Positions 50,453-59,513 of a stretch of DNA of 64,000 nucleotides are shown in pieces (position 1 is the first letter of the stretch; each line of letters opens with the position of its first letter). The notes beneath the pieces were generated by a model, which saw only the letters and a program-made list of their open reading frames with translations, did not search any database and had not been told where the DNA came from. Source of the stretch: a virus; IMG/VR virus record IMGVR_UViG_3300023172_000011, positions 54,643 through 118,642 of that record; one strand, 5' to 3'. The translations under genes and the position numbers were made by a program.

Positions 50453-52438
50453 GTTCATTTGAGATGTAAACCAGTTAGGGCCAGAAAAAGTTGCTTGATT
50501 GTCAGTCTTGTTATTAGAACTTGCTGCAAATCCACCATATCCAGTATATGTACTTTTCTTTTCTTCAAAGGAAATAGATCTAGCAGACATATTTGCCATT
50601 AATAGGGAAGAGTAACGGTCTTTTCTCATGCGTTTCTTTTTACCAACTCCGACTTTAACTTCGGGCGTGTCCCATCTCATTCTGCCATTCACGCTTTCCG
50701 TGACTTCAATCAGAGAAAGCTCATTCTTTAATTCCTCAATCTCCATAACACAATCTTCAAGCGTGTCATATAATCTATTGTTAACTTTATCTTCTTCTAT
50801 GGAAAGGCCGATAGTAATAGGATCAAAACGTGGGAACAAAAGAATCTTATCTTCTAGATCTTTTCTTAATCCATGATTGGCCTCAGAATACCAGTCATAT
50901 TTTGCAAACTGGCATAGCTCTAAAATATGTAGACCTTGTTGATCATCTGATGGCTGAGGTTTTTCTTCGTCGATGACAGGCCATATTGGGATATCTCCGG
51001 GCTGCAATTGATTATGGTCATGCAGAGCTTCAGCTACAGAATATCCGCCACCCTGAGCGTCCATAGCAATATGCACGATTGGAAATAAACCCATAAGATC
51101 TCGAATTTTTCGAGCACAATAGCTGTAGAAGTTGTTTTCTTTTGTTAGACCTTTCTTTACACGTTCAGTATGATCTTTTCTTGTAGTTGTCCAACAATAT
51201 ACAATTCTTCTATGGTCAGAGTGTAATTCAAGAACTACAATACTAAAGTTGTCTACTTCAGAAGCTGGGTCAATAGCCATCAAGTATTTGCAGTTCTTAT
51301 TTCCATGTAAAAGAGGATCGAAGTACACATTTTGACTAGGCAGCTTGACTGGCTTAGTATCTGTTCCTACGCAAGACTCTATAAGACTTCTTTTGAAGAA
51401 GCCCTGACTATCTTTAGTGAATACCGCCCCGAATTCCATGAGATATATACCATTATGGACGGTAGCTTTAGATCTAGCAATTTGCCCCTCGTCCATGAAG
51501 CCTTTAGGAACTAAGTTTACAGGAATCCTAATTATAGAATAGTCATCCCATTTAAAAGATGAAGGAACTGCCTCCCCGTTGAAGACGTTATTGGAGATAG
51601 CCTTTTCGTCACCTTTAGTCTCTATGATAGTCTTCCATCTTTTCCAATATTCAGAGAAATGATTAAAGTCATAATAGGCTGTGCCCGATAGAATAATCTG
51701 GTTAGTTTTAGAAGTATCTAAATCCTTTTTCTCATATAAAAATGAAGTATCAATCCCCTTAGATTTAGCCATTTCCTCCATAGCCATTCTTTTTACATTT
51801 TCAACAGGAGAGGCGGATACGGCAGCGAAACCCGCGATTACGTTTTCAAAAATTTCTCTAGACATGCTCGCAAATTCATCCGCAATAATGTCATTTGCTC
51901 GCTGTCCACGAATTTTTTGACCATCACCGATGGGCAGTGCTGATATTGTACTGCCATTGATAGTAAGTCTACACATGTCCACATCGCGTCTGGGACCGCT
52001 GCTACCGTCACACATATCCCTCAGAATTGGAGAGTTTTTCCAAATATTCTCCATATAATCATGCAGGTACTTTGACTGTCTAAACGCGGCACCAACGACG
52101 ACGATTTTCCTGTTAGGAATCAACATGGCTCTTAGCACACAGTATAATGATAAGATGAACGTCTTGCCAAGACCACGACTTCCAACTAGCATTGGAAACT
52201 TGCGGCCCCACATTTCTTTCAGAATTAGAGCCTGTAATGGCAACAGTTCAATATTTAATATGTGCTTGCAGACAAACGAAAAATAATCTGGATTCATGAA
52301 TAAGCATGTAAGTCTCTTATAGAACTCTTCAGGGTCATCCGTTCTCAGACGTTCTAGTGGATTAATTACCTCCGAATCTTTTAAAGTTAGGTTTAACCAA
52401 GCATTATTTAGCTCTTTGATAATTTCTTGTTGACTCAT
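50441..52438 (-). CDS. terminase large subunit
   Basis: Walker A 'GSRGLGKT', Walker B 'IIADEF', nuclease 'AIDPA' and 'KDRYS'. Confidence 0.93.
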   Translation of the reverse strand: MSQQEIIKELNNAWLNLTLKDSEVINPLERLRTDDPEEFYKRLTCLFMNPDYFSFVCKHILNIELLPLQALILKEMWGRKFPMLVGSRGLGKTFILSLYCVLRAMLIPNRKIVVVGAAFRQSKYLHDYMENIWKNSPILRDMCDGSSGPRRDVDMCRLTINGSTISALPIGDGQKIRGQRANDIIADEFASMSREIFENVIAGFAAVSASPVENVKRMAMEEMAKSKGIDTSFLYEKKDLDTSKTNQIILSGTAYYDFNHFSEYWKRWKTIIETKGDEKAISNNVFNGEAVPSSFKWDDYSIIRIPVNLVPKGFMDEGQIARSKATVHNGIYLMEFGAVFTKDSQGFFKRSLIESCVGTDTKPVKLPSQNVYFDPLLHGNKNCKYLMAIDPASEVDNFSIVVLELHSDHRRIVYCWTTTRKDHTERVKKGLTKENNFYSYCARKIRDLMGLFPIVHIAMDAQGGGYSVAEALHDHNQLQPGDIPIWPVIDEEKPQPSDDQQGLHILELCQFAKYDWYSEANHGLRKDLEDKILLFPRFDPITIGLSIEEDKVNNRLYDTLEDCVMEIEELKNELSLIEVTESVNGRMRWDTPEVKVGVGKKKRMRKDRYSSLLMANMSARSISFEEKKSTYTGYGGFAASSNNKTDNQATFSGPNWFTSQMNNLY

Positions 52439-53076
52439 ATGATCTTATCCATGAACCCATAGTATACTGCTTCTTCTGATGTCATCCACCAGTCTGTTAG
52501 CTTTTCTATTTTGTTTTTAATGAATGTAAGCGTCTTCTTCTGATCCATGCCTTTTTCTCGGAAATATTTTCCTTTGACGCATCGCTTGGCATAGACTTCT
52601 AACATAACTTCATTTTGTTTTTCAGTAAACTTTAAACCGTTTGCAACTTGTCTAAAATCACCACTATCTTCATATGTTCCATAATGCACCATGAAGTCAC
52701 AATGTTTATTGATATATCTTTTCTGTGCGGCTTGCGGTATAATAGAACTCATCGAGCGTGCATGAGCATACGATATGAATGTGATTGGAGAGCTAGACGA
52801 AACAATAGCGTCATACATTGCCATGCCATAATTCCAGCATCCTCCATAGCTAAACATCTTCAATATGATAGGCTCTGTGGATATACTATTAAGATAATCA
52901 AGATTCTTAATAAATGATACAGCCATTCTAAAATCTACGCCAGCTTCTTCGGGATCGAAATCTGAATGTATGTAAATTATTCTATTCTTTATATCAATAG
53001 AGTTATCTTGAATACTACTAATTAAATCAGGTCTGTTCCGACGAGATCTTATGTTCCCAGAATTTGAGGATGTCAT
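52435..53076 (-). CDS. ClpP-like serine protease
   Basis: 'NRIIYI', 'SYGG', catalytic Ser in 'ARSMSSII', His in 'MVHYG', 'DWWMTSEEAV.YG..D.I'. Confidence 0.85.
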   Translation of the reverse strand: MTSSNSGNIRSRRNRPDLISSIQDNSIDIKNRIIYIHSDFDPEEAGVDFRMAVSFIKNLDYLNSISTEPIILKMFSYGGCWNYGMAMYDAIVSSSSPITFISYAHARSMSSIIPQAAQKRYINKHCDFMVHYGTYEDSGDFRQVANGLKFTEKQNEVMLEVYAKRCVKGKYFREKGMDQKKTLTFIKNKIEKLTDWWMTSEEAVYYGFMDKII

Positions 53077-53506
53077 AAGTAAATGCCTCTGCTGCTGTTC
53101 TATTTTCACAAAAGACTACTTCAACGTTTGAATAATCTTCTTCTATTTTGTTGAGTAGCTTTCTTAAATATCTACCATTCATTCTTATTTTCGATATTTG
53201 TGCCTGTGAGAATCCGGAGTTATTCGGAAATTCATAAACTTTAGATTCCGGAAACTCACATACGATATAGGCTTTCCTTAAATTTTCCATTCTGTCAAAC
53301 TCTCGATAGAATCTAGCCTTTGCAGTTTTTCTGCCAAGGTTATTAGCAATCTCTGAAGTTGATGCTTTTCTTTCTATAACAACCTTGTTTTGTAACAATT
53401 CTGTTGTATAATCTCCAGAGTCGATCTTTTTAGATTCTACCTCAACATCATCATAGAATGGGAATTCCCAGCCTGTTTTTTCTCTAGTGTCTCTTATTAT
53501 TTTCAT
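53027..53506 (-). CDS. ERCC4/XPF-family nuclease
   Basis: 'IIRDTREK', 'GDY', 'VIERKA' signature. Confidence 0.85.
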   Translation of the reverse strand: MKIIRDTREKTGWEFPFYDDVEVESKKIDSGDYTTELLQNKVVIERKASTSEIANNLGRKTAKARFYREFDRMENLRKAYIVCEFPESKVYEFPNNSGFSQAQISKIRMNGRYLRKLLNKIEEDYSNVEVVFCENRTAAEAFTYDILKFWEHKISSEQT

Positions 53507-53756
53507 GAACAATACTCATAAATAAGCCAGCGTAAACATGCTCCATACCTTTTATTGAGTCATGACATTTACGACAGAGTGTAATTAAATTATTTTCATC
53601 AAATCTTAATGAAGACGCTTTGCTCCACGGCTGAATATGATGAACGTTTAACCTTTTGTTAGATCCACAACTTGGCATCTGACAACGGTGATCATCTCTT
53701 TTTAATACATTAGATCGAGCACGTTTATAAACGGGGTCGTCATAATTTCTTGACAT
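53484..53756 (-). CDS. HNH endonuclease (packaging-associated type)
   Basis: 'RDDHRCQMPSC...VHHI...NLITLCRKCH', close to the terminase. Confidence 0.88.
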   Translation of the reverse strand: MSRNYDDPVYKRARSNVLKRDDHRCQMPSCGSNKRLNVHHIQPWSKASSLRFDENNLITLCRKCHDSIKGMEHVYAGLFMSIVHENNKRH

Positions 53757-53994
53757 GTAATTTACTAACCTTAAAGTCGTATTTTAAATCTTTTAGTAAT
53801 AACTTAGTTTCAGTAGAATCATCTTGTTCTAGAATAATATCACAAAACGCCTTAAAAACAGAATAACAAGCATCGTCTGGATCGCTTGCGTCGATTTCTA
53901 TCTTTGAAGTTTGTCTACCAAAGTTTACTAATCGAAACCTCACGAGTCTTTTTAGTAATAAAGTCATATCTACAGTAACAATATAATTTATCAT
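53740..53994 (-). CDS. hypothetical protein
   Basis: Coupled ORF (ATGA overlap). Contains 'ASDPDDACY'. Confidence 0.55.
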   Translation of the reverse strand: MINYIVTVDMTLLLKRLVRFRLVNFGRQTSKIEIDASDPDDACYSVFKAFCDIILEQDDSTETKLLLKDLKYDFKVSKLHVKKL

Positions 53995-55163
53995 TTAGTA
54001 TCTACATACATTTGTACCTCAGAAGGAAAATATGAAACATCATGTGATATCATAATATTAACTAATCCCTCGAAGGAAGTTTTAGGCGTCCATCCTAATT
54101 GCGTTCTAGCCTTACTAGAATCACCTCTTAGGTAATCAACTTCTGCCGGTCGATAAAATGCTGGGTCTTGAACTACAAAATGTTCCCAATTGTTAATACC
54201 AACCAGTTTAAATGCTACGTCTAAGAACTCGCGAATAGTATGAGTCTCGCCGGTGCAAATGACATAATCATCAGCAGCTTCCTGCTGAAGCATCATCCAC
54301 ATGGCTTCCACATAATCTCCTGCATACCCCCAATCTCTCGATGCTTCTAAGTTGCCTAGACGTAGCTTTGGAAATTTATATCCATTTATAATGATATTGT
54401 CATTATCATAACTAGCTTTACTTTGAGGCGATATTGGACTTACAGCCCTATTAGACCATCTAAGAAATTCACCAATCCATTTTGTAATTTTTCTAGTGAC
54501 GAATGTCTCTCCTCGTCGCTCTCCTTCATGATTAAATAAGATACCGGCACTGGCATGTAATCCACATGCTTCACGATATAACCTGACTGCTTCATGAGCT
54601 GCACACTTAGCAATAGCGTATGGACTTTGTGGTAGGAATTTTGTGTCTTCGTTTTGACATTTTAAATGTGTCAATACAGTATTTCCATTTTCATTTTCGT
54701 AACTATAATCTATATAGTCATAATTCTTGCCAAACATTTCACTAGAACTTGCCTGATAAAATTTAACCTTATACTTATCAAGATTTAAATCTATGATAGC
54801 CTGTAAAAGATTAAGGCATCCCTTGCCTGTTATATCCCAAGTTAATCCGGGCTGCTTGAATGATACGGCAACGTGTGATTGTGCGGCGAGATTATATATT
54901 TCAGTGCCATACGTAGCATTTTTAGCAAGAACACTAATGACGCTAGAATAGTCTGTAATATCGCCATCGACTATCTTAAAATTTGGATTATTAATATGAG
55001 AGATTCTCTGAGTGTTGTCAGTAGAAGATCTACGGCTAACACCAACTACTTTGTAGTTCTTTTCAAGTAAAAGATCAGCTAGATGTGATCCATCCTGACC
55101 AGTTACCCCAAAGATAATTGCAGTTTTTTCCTTCTTACAAACACAGTTTCCTTTACAAGTCAT
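53991..55163 (-). CDS. gmd: GDP-mannose 4,6-dehydratase
   Basis: 'GVTGQDGSHLA', 'YNLAAQSHV', 'YQASSSEMFG', 'SPYAIAK', 'GILFNHE', 'FVTRKIT', 'RDWG', 'RPAEVD'. Confidence 0.96.
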   Translation of the reverse strand: MTCKGNCVCKKEKTAIIFGVTGQDGSHLADLLLEKNYKVVGVSRRSSTDNTQRISHINNPNFKIVDGDITDYSSVISVLAKNATYGTEIYNLAAQSHVAVSFKQPGLTWDITGKGCLNLLQAIIDLNLDKYKVKFYQASSSEMFGKNYDYIDYSYENENGNTVLTHLKCQNEDTKFLPQSPYAIAKCAAHEAVRLYREACGLHASAGILFNHEGERRGETFVTRKITKWIGEFLRWSNRAVSPISPQSKASYDNDNIIINGYKFPKLRLGNLEASRDWGYAGDYVEAMWMMLQQEAADDYVICTGETHTIREFLDVAFKLVGINNWEHFVVQDPAFYRPAEVDYLRGDSSKARTQLGWTPKTSFEGLVNIMISHDVSYFPSEVQMYVDTK

Positions 55164-55170
55164 ATTTTCC

Positions 55171-55962
55171 TCATTTTACAGTATCTGGAGTTAAAAATGG
55201 CATATCAATTGTCCCATCGTCATAAGTATGATAATCAGATAGGCGTTCCTTTTCCTTTTCCATAGCGAGACGCATCTTTTCTAATGCTTTACCTTCATTC
55301 TCGTAGAAGTCAGGATCACGTAGAATCTGATTCACTAAAGAAGCAAGTGTCTTCTTGTTATTCTCTAGCTTCTCGATACGTTGCTCACGGGTTGCTTTTA
55401 AGTCCTTATATAGCCCCGCTTTTTTAGTTTGTAAATCTTTGAACTCGCGTGATAGCGATTCCTTAGCCGCTCGCAAACTAGCAATATGTCTTTCTAAGTT
55501 AAAGATCATTTCCTTATCTTGCTGGTCACTATCCCGAGTTTTTTCTAGCTCAATTTCCCCCTCAAGTACACGAACACGTTCTGCGGATTCATTTTGTTCT
55601 CTTAGGGCACGATTCATGAGAACTTCCAGCTTGATTAAGTCAACAACCTGAAGTTCTTCTGTCGCCATGACATCTTTACGAAATTGGGCAATAATTTGTT
55701 TCCAGTGATATAAAAATAGCTCAAGTTCATCATCAGAGAACTGAGCCTTGAGTTCCCGCCAATATGGTCGGGATTTAATATCATATTCTGCTTGAACAGC
55801 AAAGGCTTCGTGCTTATTAAAAGACTTGCCTATCTTTTTTAAATGCTTCTCGACAGACTCAACAGATCTACCAAGGTTTTCCGCGATTTTTTCGGGACTT
55901 AGATTTTCAGCATTTGCTTCAATATAATCCCACTCATCTTTGCTTAATCTACCAATCTTCAC
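55171..55962 (-). CDS. HTH + coiled-coil protein (terminase small subunit candidate)
   Basis: N-terminal HTH 'LSPEKIAENLGRSVESV' and a long coiled coil. Upstream of the terminase module. Confidence 0.45.
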   Translation of the reverse strand: MKIGRLSKDEWDYIEANAENLSPEKIAENLGRSVESVEKHLKKIGKSFNKHEAFAVQAEYDIKSRPYWRELKAQFSDDELELFLYHWKQIIAQFRKDVMATEELQVVDLIKLEVLMNRALREQNESAERVRVLEGEIELEKTRDSDQQDKEMIFNLERHIASLRAAKESLSREFKDLQTKKAGLYKDLKATREQRIEKLENNKKTLASLVNQILRDPDFYENEGKALEKMRLAMEKEKERLSDYHTYDDGTIDMPFLTPDTVK

Positions 55963-56446
55963 CTAATATCTCCTTAACGCGGTCAAATAGTGCTTGCTTC
56001 TTAGAGGATGAGATTGCCACGCCATTTGCTAAGCGGTGGAAGTTATTCCTCATAGATGGACTTAGCTCGTCCATAATCTGCTCTAAGGCTTCAGCGGTGG
56101 ATAACTTATCAAGGATATTATCTTCATAGTAAATATTAGGAGACCCATAGCTTTTTAAATCCATCAGGTTCTTTTTGCTGTCATTTAATTCCTGATGTTT
56201 TTCAGATTGTATCGAACTGCGGGAATATTTATCCCGAATTAGGGTCTTTAATCTGTTTGATAAGTGTTTTGAAATAAAATTCTCAAAAGGACGCGATTCG
56301 TCGTATTTTTCGAGTGCTTCGCAGCATATAATATATGACTCTTGTTTGATGTCTTCAAGCTCAAAGTAGCTAAAGACATATCTAGGAGCGATTCTGTTGA
56401 TTACCTTTAGAATCGTTTCCTTTTGCTGAGGGCTTGGTTGTAGCAT
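55949..56446 (-). CDS. sigma-factor-like protein (region 2, truncated region 4)
   Basis: 'EDIKQESYIICCEALEKYDESRPFENFI..HLSNRL..LIR' matches sigma region 2. Also 'IMDELSP'. Confidence 0.7.
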   Translation of the reverse strand: MLQPSPQQKETILKVINRIAPRYVFSYFELEDIKQESYIICCEALEKYDESRPFENFISKHLSNRLKTLIRDKYSRSSIQSEKHQELNDSKKNLMDLKSYGSPNIYYEDNILDKLSTAEALEQIMDELSPSMRNNFHRLANGVAISSSKKQALFDRVKEILGEDW

Positions 56447-56537
56447 TTTTTAAAATTTCTAAAGCGTTAGATGGATCAGGTATAGCTAATTCTTTTTCCG
56501 CTGCTGTAGCGATGCCACTCTCTGCTATAATTTTCAT
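56382..56537 (-). CDS. small 51-aa ORF (MKIIAESG...), not in the ORF track
   Basis: GGAGAG RBS, directly after the promoter-like site. Its 3' end overlaps the sigma-like gene. Confidence 0.4.
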   Translation of the reverse strand: MKIIAESGIATAAEKELAIPDPSNALEILKNATTKPSAKGNDSKGNQQNRS

Positions 56538-56577
56538 TACTTATCTCTCCGTGTAAAAAAGAAGCTCATATCTACAT

Positions 56578-56604
56578 TATACCCCGCAGAAAGTTTAAAA
56601 TGTT
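56578..56604 (-). promoter_or_regulatory. variant late promoter (AACAT-N13-CGGGGTATA, running into TATAAT)
   Basis: Same RAC...GGNGTAT spacing, at the head of the whole minus-strand region. Confidence 0.5.
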
Positions 56605-57022
56605 AGAAATTAAGTTAAATGGCGTAAATGCCGCAGGAAAATTTGCAAAAGTTAGCACTTCTGACTATGAAATGGTTATGAGACATAGTTGGTACTATCG
56701 GGATGGATATGCCCTCGCAAAAATTAGAGGCCGCGAAATCAGAATGCACCGCTACATTATGGATGTCCGCGATCCGGATATGATTGTGGACCATATTGAT
56801 CACAATAGATTAAACAATACCCGCGAGAATCTAAGAATCGTCACTTATTTAGAGAATGCTAATAACCGCGAAGATAATGTCTTTCTGGAATGTTTTGGCG
56901 AAAAGAAAACAATTTCAGAATGGAGCCGCGATGACAGGTGCTTAGTAGGCTACGATGTACTAAGAGGCAGACTCAACAAAGGCGTTCCAACATGGGCTGC
57001 AATATTAGCTCCAATTGAGTGA
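56600..57022 (+). CDS. HNH homing-type endonuclease
   Basis: 'MHRYIM...IVDHIDHNRLNNTRENLR' plus a C-terminal 'GEKKTISEWS' DNA-binding module. Confidence 0.85.
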   Translation: MLEIKLNGVNAAGKFAKVSTSDYEMVMRHSWYYRDGYALAKIRGREIRMHRYIMDVRDPDMIVDHIDHNRLNNTRENLRIVTYLENANNREDNVFLECFGEKKTISEWSRDDRCLVGYDVLRGRLNKGVPTWAAILAPIE

Positions 57023-57247
57023 CAGTGTACGGGCGATACACTTTAAGTTAATTGTGTGAATTGTGAATAAACCCCCCCGCCGCTGGAATCCCAGAAAACC
57101 CACTTTCGAATTCAACAAAAAACCCCCCCAACAATTCCGAAAAAATTTTTTTTTCTTGTGGGATTTTGTGTAGAGTTGCGTTGACGAATGCCGATAATAT
57201 ATGATAGAATGCACACACACGAACAACACTTTTCAAGGGGTTTCAAA

Positions 57248-57454
57248 ATGGATGACGGTCTTCTGCTGGTGGTGATGGAGCAAGAACAGATTCAGGTTGA
57301 TCGGGAACGCGAATTCGCAATGCTGGCTGATATCGCTCGCTTTGATGAAGATCAAGCAGAAGCGGAGCGACGAAGATTCTTCCCGATCTCCCGGAAGGAA
57401 CGACGATTCCGGCCTGATGCTTTTCTGGAAATTTCTGAGAATCCGCCCTTCTGA
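57248..57454 (+). CDS. small early protein
   Basis: First ORF after promoter 57181. AAGGGG RBS. Confidence 0.6.
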   Translation: MDDGLLLVVMEQEQIQVDREREFAMLADIARFDEDQAEAERRRFFPISRKERRFRPDAFLEISENPPF

Positions 57455-57533
57455 GTAAAGATTGGCGTTGACTTTTGCCGATAAATATTGTAGAATACAT
57501 GTGTCAAGTTTGTTTCTTTGTTGGAGAGTTTGA

Positions 57534-57776
57534 ATGAGTTCCTCAAGTTACCGTCGAATCCCGTTCGCTGAAGTACTCGAAGGCCGAAACGGTCTGAATA
57601 CTTTGGTGTCCCTGCCTGATGGCCGTTATGCTGTGACGCAGGGGCATAGCGTGACAAGTGTTGGAGTCTATGACTCAAACATTTTCGACACGCTGGAAGC
57701 TGCCCGTTCGCATTGGGATCGAAGAGAACTCGATATCCAGAGTTATTTCGCAAGATATGGAACGGCTCTTGACTGA
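57534..57776 (+). CDS. small early protein
   Basis: GGAG RBS after promoter 57468. Confidence 0.65.
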   Translation: MSSSSYRRIPFAEVLEGRNGLNTLVSLPDGRYAVTQGHSVTSVGVYDSNIFDTLEAARSHWDRRELDIQSYFARYGTALD

Positions 57777-57853
57777 GCCGCTCCTATTCTTATTTACTTT
57801 TCTTCCGATCTATGTATAATAGAAATATAACAAACACTCAACAAGGAAAAAAA

Positions 57854-58045
57854 ATGATTTTCAACGAACACTCATCAGCGACCATAAGAGTTAACCAGTT
57901 CACCGGAAACAGAACAATTTCCAATGGTCCACAGTATCCGGCACACGTAAACAAGTCGGAAGAGAATAACGACTTGAAAGAATGGTGCGACTCACTTCCG
58001 TGGTATATTAAAAAAGAAATCAAAAAATCTCGTGGAATTCAGTAG
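57854..58045 (+). CDS. small early protein
   Basis: AAGGA RBS after promoter 57793. Confidence 0.55.
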   Translation: MIFNEHSSATIRVNQFTGNRTISNGPQYPAHVNKSEENNDLKEWCDSLPWYIKKEIKKSRGIQ

Positions 58046-58069
58046 GGCAGCAGCAGCATAGGAACATAC

Positions 58070-58180
58070 ATGGCTACAGTAATGTACAGTACAGCAGATA
58101 TGATCGTTATCACTCTCATGTGTACAGCATGGTTCGGATGTACAACTTGGGTATTTACAAAATTATGGAAAGTGGAATAA
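58070..58180 (+). CDS. 36-aa membrane peptide
   Basis: AGGA RBS. MATVMYSTADMIVITLMCTAWFGCTTWVFTKLWKVE. Confidence 0.45.
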   Translation: MATVMYSTADMIVITLMCTAWFGCTTWVFTKLWKVE

Positions 58181-58181
58181 A

Positions 58182-58295
58182 ATGCTAGAATTAAATGACT
58201 TAGGTATAGCGGTGTTCGCTTGTTCACTTGTTTCCAATGTGGTGTTGGGGTGTACAGTCACGATTTGGGTATTCGAGAAAAGCCTAAATAAATGA
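58182..58295 (+). CDS. 37-aa membrane peptide
   Basis: MLELNDLGIAVFACSLVSNVVLGCTVTIWVFEKSLNK, 1 nt after the previous stop. Confidence 0.45.
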   Translation: MLELNDLGIAVFACSLVSNVVLGCTVTIWVFEKSLNK

Positions 58296-58398
58296 TGTTT
58301 GAAATCTTGCGGATTCTCTCAAGAGTCCGCTTGATTTCTGCCGATAATGTATATAGAATACACGAAAGACACAAATGAACTTTTTTGGAGATGTAGAG

Positions 58399-58626
58399 AT
58401 GAACAACCTGCTGAACAAGATCAACGCTCAAACGAAGTTCTCAAACGGGTACACAGCTTCAGTTGTGTACTTTCCAGAAACTGACGAGCATGAAGTTGCA
58501 ATACTGTACAAGGGAAAGCTGGTGTATGATACGCCAGTAACCACCGACGTTGTTCGCTGTTCTTCGGCTCATGAGGCTTTTGAAATTGTTTCCAAAATTA
58601 TGATGCTTCCGAAAAGGAACGCTTGA
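58399..58626 (+). CDS. small early phage protein
   Basis: GGAG RBS. Contains 'FSNGYTASVV...EVAIL...LVYDTPVTTDV'. Confidence 0.7.
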   Translation: MNNLLNKINAQTKFSNGYTASVVYFPETDEHEVAILYKGKLVYDTPVTTDVVRCSSAHEAFEIVSKIMMLPKRNA

Positions 58627-58685
58627 CATTGCGTTTCTGGATTGTATAATATAGAAAATCAATCACCTTGTTTTGTGGAGTTGAG

Positions 58686-58808
58686 ATGAGCAGCTTCGAC
58701 GTTCAGGTTCAGAGTGACGAATTCGCGACAGACCATGAGGAATTTCTGGCGTTGCTGGAAATGCTCGCTAATGAGGATCAGGAGGAGTCAGAGAATGCTG
58801 ATGAGTAA
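58686..58808 (+). CDS. 40-aa acidic peptide
   Basis: GGAG RBS after promoter 58623. MSSFDVQVQSDEFATDHEEFLALLEMLANEDQEESENADE. Confidence 0.6.
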   Translation: MSSFDVQVQSDEFATDHEEFLALLEMLANEDQEESENADE

Positions 58809-58989
58809 AATATATTGCAAAGTACTAAGGCCATCAACGGGATCTGAATTAAGTGTTGAGATCCCGGAAGATATAGTTCGTGAAGTTAATGCAATGCAGG
58901 ATGCTGCAACAGCCTGTGATTGGATTGGTGAAGAATTTAATTGGCAATTCGTTCCGCTTAAATTTTACAAGGAAAAAGATAATGAGTAA
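58801..58989 (+). CDS. small early protein
   Basis: Overlaps the previous stop. MSKIYCKVLRP... Confidence 0.55.
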   Translation: MSKIYCKVLRPSTGSELSVEIPEDIVREVNAMQDAATACDWIGEEFNWQFVPLKFYKEKDNE

Positions 58990-59065
58990 GTCAGAAGCTA
59001 AGTTAATTATAGGTGCTCACTTATTAGGGTGGGCCGTTGCTGCTGTATTATATTATTATATATAA
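58982..59065 (+). CDS. 27-aa membrane peptide
   Basis: AAGGA RBS. MSKSEAKLIIGAHLLGWAVAAVLYYYI. Confidence 0.5.
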   Translation: MSKSEAKLIIGAHLLGWAVAAVLYYYI

Positions 59066-59150
59066 GTAGCCGCCACGAGTCGCCCTTGGAGGGCGGCTCA
59101 AAAATACTGTCAACAGCAAAATACGCAAAACTCGGGAAATTCTCTAAAAA
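59066..59150 (+). repeat. hairpin-motif intergenic element, copy 1
   Basis: GAGTCGCCC-TTGGA-GGGCGGCTC (59077-59099), then CGCAAAACTCGGG 24 nt downstream. Confidence 0.9.
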
Positions 59151-59280
59151 AAGAGGGAAATCATTTGGGGAAAATCTTTTTTTTCTTGCGGAATTTTATG
59201 CAGAAGCCTATTGACTTTCGACGATAATAAAGTATAATACATCCATAACAAATCACAAACCACTTCAAAGGATTTTCAAA

Positions 59281-59439
59281 ATGAACAACTCATTCGACGA
59301 CATTCAATGTGAAGAAGTTTTCGCTGACGATTTCTATGATATCCGCGAGGATGACGGACAGCCTACCGAGTACGAGGAGTGGCAGGATGTATACGGTGGT
59401 GACGATTGGGATCACGGGCAATTCGACGATTGCTTCTAA
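59281..59439 (+). CDS. 52-aa highly acidic peptide
   Basis: AAGGA RBS after promoter 59211. MNNSFDDIQCEEVF...DDGQPTEYEEWQD... Confidence 0.7.
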   Translation: MNNSFDDIQCEEVFADDFYDIREDDGQPTEYEEWQDVYGGDDWDHGQFDDCF

Positions 59440-59513
59440 TCAGTCCGCTTGACACTCTCCCGGCTTTCGGGTACAATCCTCGAAACGGTTTTTTTCTTTC
59501 TTTGGAGTTTGCT

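Noticed and set aside
7732-56446. Many 60-190 aa + strand ORFs in the ORF track opposite the structural genes
   Set aside because: They are antisense shadows of long, tightly packed minus-strand genes, with no RBS or recognisable motifs.
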